This document shows, in pieces, positions 30,050 through 32,000 of a stretch of 32,000 nucleotides of DNA (positions are counted from its first letter, which is position 1; the number at the start of each line of letters is the position of its first letter). The stretch lies in NCBI RefSeq assembly GCF_000829315.1, contig NZ_AP013028.1, positions 1,110,001 to 1,142,000 on the forward strand, in the 5' to 3' direction. Under the pieces are notes generated by a model. The model had not been told where the DNA came from and searched no databases. It worked only from the letters and a program-made list of their open reading frames with translations. This DNA is from Wolbachia endosymbiont of Cimex lectularius (GTDB lineage Bacteria; Pseudomonadota; Alphaproteobacteria; Rickettsiales; Anaplasmataceae). The position numbers and the translations under genes are program-made.

Positions 30050-30251
30050 ACAGGTTCTAAGAAAGAAGGGGAAATAGAAAAAACAACTAATAAAATAGGA
30101 ACTTCAACTGAAAAAGCTACAAGGAATAATAGTGAAAAGCCGGAGCCAGGTAATAACCAAATTTGTGGCGATGCAACTGCTAAACTTATGGAAGAAAGGA
30201 ACTCAGCAAACCAAAAGAAAAGTTTTACAAGAGGTTAGTATGGTCTCCCAC

Positions 30252-30273
30252 CCCAGCGTTACCAAGCGCTGGG
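30252..30273 (-). terminator. Possible bidirectional hairpin between zapA-like remnant and fbpA-like gene
   Basis: Perfect 7-bp GC-rich stem CCCAGCG-ttaccaag-CGCTGGG immediately after the fbpA-like stop; no clear T-tract. Confidence 0.3.
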
Positions 30274-30275
30274 CG

Positions 30276-31307
30276 TTACTTCCATTTACACTCGTCAGCT
30301 ATCATAACAGCTTCGAGCAGGTGTTCTTCAAGTTTGCTGAGAGGCAAGTCACTTTGTGGGTAACTCCCCCAAGATTTTAATATGTCAGAAGTTTCGACAC
30401 CTTCAACAATAGGATATTCCTGATTTTTTTTAGCATATAGTTCTTGAGCTTGCTTGCTTACTAAAAATTCCAGCAAAGTTATAGCGTTTTCTCTGTTTTT
30501 TGCGTTTTTTGTTACCGCTGCTCCACTAATATTCACCATTACGCCATTATCATTTTGATTAGGGAAGAAAACCCCCAGCTTGTCTATAATATTCCTTTTA
30601 TTTCCATACCCTGATGAAAGAATCCTTGCAAAATAATAGCTATTTACTATTGCAACATCTCCTTCACCAGCAGCTACAGCGTGAATTTGGTCAGTATCGC
30701 CACCACTTGGTTTTCTTGCCATATTGCTCACAATTCCACAGACCCATTCTTTTGCCTTTTCAAAACCATCGTTTGCAATCATAAAAGCAATCAATGATCG
30801 GTTATATGGACTCGTAGAAGAGCGTACTAATATTCTTCCTTTCCACTTTTCATTTGCTAAATCTTCATAAGTACTTAAATCTTTAGGGTTTGCTGATTCT
30901 TTATTATAAACCAATATTCTAGTTCTTTTTGTGAGGCCAAACCAATAATCTTCATTATCTCTAAATTTTGCAGGTATAGCATTTTTTAAAACCTCTGAGT
31001 CTACTTGGGACAGAAGGTCTCTTTTTTTTGCTAAAATCAAATTCACTGCATCTGCAGTCAAAAATAAGTCAGCTTCACCACCATTTTCCATGCGTGAGAG
31101 CAACTGAGAATAATCATCAATAATATAACGTACCTTGATGCCCGTATCTTTTGTGAATTCGTCAAATAAAGTGCGTACTAACTCCTCTTTACGTGATGAA
31201 TAAACATTCACCACTTGTGAATTGTCAGTTTCGCTGTTCTTGTACAAATAAGTAACGACTATTAATACAACTGCTATTAGAAATGTGAATATGAAAGCTC
31301 TTTTCAT
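30276..31307 (-). CDS. Fe(3+) ABC transporter substrate-binding protein (FbpA/AfuA-like)
   Basis: N-terminal signal/TM, VVNVYSSRKEELVRTLFDEFTKDTGIKVRYI, GEADLFLTADAVNL, GEGDVAIVNSYYFARI, NPNQND-like FPNQNDNGVMVNISGAAVTKNAKN. Confidence 0.88.
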   Translation of the reverse strand: MKRAFIFTFLIAVVLIVVTYLYKNSETDNSQVVNVYSSRKEELVRTLFDEFTKDTGIKVRYIIDDYSQLLSRMENGGEADLFLTADAVNLILAKKRDLLSQVDSEVLKNAIPAKFRDNEDYWFGLTKRTRILVYNKESANPKDLSTYEDLANEKWKGRILVRSSTSPYNRSLIAFMIANDGFEKAKEWVCGIVSNMARKPSGGDTDQIHAVAAGEGDVAIVNSYYFARILSSGYGNKRNIIDKLGVFFPNQNDNGVMVNISGAAVTKNAKNRENAITLLEFLVSKQAQELYAKKNQEYPIVEGVETSDILKSWGSYPQSDLPLSKLEEHLLEAVMIADECKWK

Positions 31308-31455
31308 ATTGAATAGAATAATTTCTCTTAGTTAGAAATATTCAAATGGCAAGGTCTTGGCAAGTGTAAATCTTCAAAATGTTGCACTATCCCAGTTTGC
31401 AGTACTAGGATAGTGATGAAAAGAAGTGCAAGCCAGAAAATATGTTTTCCATAAT

Positions 31456-31965
31456 TTAATTAACAATATAAGTAATATCTGGGTGACCACATGGTTCAGC
31501 AACTACTTGTAACAACTTTGAACTAACATCCTTCTGACTTTCTTTCACAACTTCGATAAACGTTGTGTTAAGTTCTTTACCGCTAGCCTCTTGTTTATGT
31601 AATAACAAATAATCTTTAAAATCAGTTTTGTTCCAATGATGAAGGGCACAAACTACAGTGAAAAGCAGTAGAGTACATGAAATTGCAACGACTGGCCAGT
31701 AAACGGTAGGATTTGTGTATAAATTTACTATATTACTCAAACCACCTGTTGAATATAGTGTTAAAGGAAAGGTTATGCTTCCAGTAATAAGCACTGTGCT
31801 TAAAATAGGAAGCCATAGTCTATCATTGACTAATGAATTTACTTTACTCTTGTAACAGATTGGCTGTCCTATAAGTTCTACAATATTTGTATTATTTTTT
31901 TCTTGTCCTTGAAGAGAATGAAACGTAAAATAAATGCGGTTACCGTTACTATACTTTAATACCAA
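31456..31965 (-). CDS. hypothetical membrane protein
   Basis: 169 aa with two hydrophobic segments (LPILSTVLITGSITFPLTLY; VYWPVVAISCTLLLFTVVCAL). Confidence 0.5.
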   Translation of the reverse strand: MVLKYSNGNRIYFTFHSLQGQEKNNTNIVELIGQPICYKSKVNSLVNDRLWLPILSTVLITGSITFPLTLYSTGGLSNIVNLYTNPTVYWPVVAISCTLLLFTVVCALHHWNKTDFKDYLLLHKQEASGKELNTTFIEVVKESQKDVSSKLLQVVAEPCGHPDITYIVN

Positions 31966-32000
31966 GGACTTGATGCATTTGTCTTCTGGAAGTGTACTTA

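Larger units (their letters stand above)
28334..30057 (+). mobile_element. IS5-family insertion sequence (outer copy, ~860 bp plus inserted inner copy)
   Basis: Terminal inverted repeats gaacctgtttaaaatctt / aagattttaaacaggttc; flanking TAA duplication at 28331-28333 and 30058-30060; orfA fragment at 28390-28656 and the rest from 29521 to 30049. Confidence 0.92.
28197..30238 (+). pseudogene. ZapA-like small protein gene interrupted by the nested IS
   Basis: Virtual excision of 28334-30057 plus one TAA copy gives one uninterrupted 104-codon frame from ATG 28197 to TAG 30236-30238: MQVVEIVIRNSTYKISCESGKKDHLLYLANNFNKLVSSISQKTGG|KKEGEIEKTTNKIGTSTEKATRNNSEKPEPGNNQICGDATAKLMEERNSANQKKSFTRG. N-terminal half resembles ZapA. 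Confidence 0.65.

Noticed and set aside
28334-30057. Composite transposon or novel inverted-repeat system carrying cargo
   Set aside because: No cargo: the sequence is fully explained as one IS inserted inside another copy of itself.
30132-30380. ORF 30132-30380, 82 aa
   Set aside because: Reads out of frame through the zapA-like remnant tail and antisense to the fbpA-like gene.

Overview
The window looks like an AT-rich alphaproteobacterial endosymbiont chromosome of Wolbachia/Anaplasmataceae type, judged from protein sequences and intergenic repeats; no database search was possible. Most of it is housekeeping: murC 3' end, eno, obg, NDUFS4-like subunit, truB-rpsO-pnp, rpe, tRNA-Arg(TCT), RDD protein, HAD hydrolase, a tig-clpP-clpX-lon block, tRNA-Leu(TAG), BON-domain lipoprotein, gshB, murG, lpdA, rpsA, an IHF/HU-like protein and an fbpA-like binding protein. 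I found no defence system, CRISPR array or secretion locus, and nothing I would call a new biological system. The less ordinary parts are: (1) two nested, oppositely oriented copies of the same IS5-family element at 28334-30057, each with a 3-bp target duplication, whose virtual excision restores a continuous 104-aa frame with a ZapA-like N-terminus; (2) a ~230-bp palindromic repeat family, with two near-identical inverted copies bracketing rpe and tRNA-Arg; (3) a second dispersed structured repeat family, about 370-440 bp, at three loci in the same orientation; (4) a decayed hydrophilic ORF with one homopolymer frameshift and one nonsense codon; (5) orphan lineage-type proteins, including a membrane protein with a short collagen-like Gly-X-Y tract.
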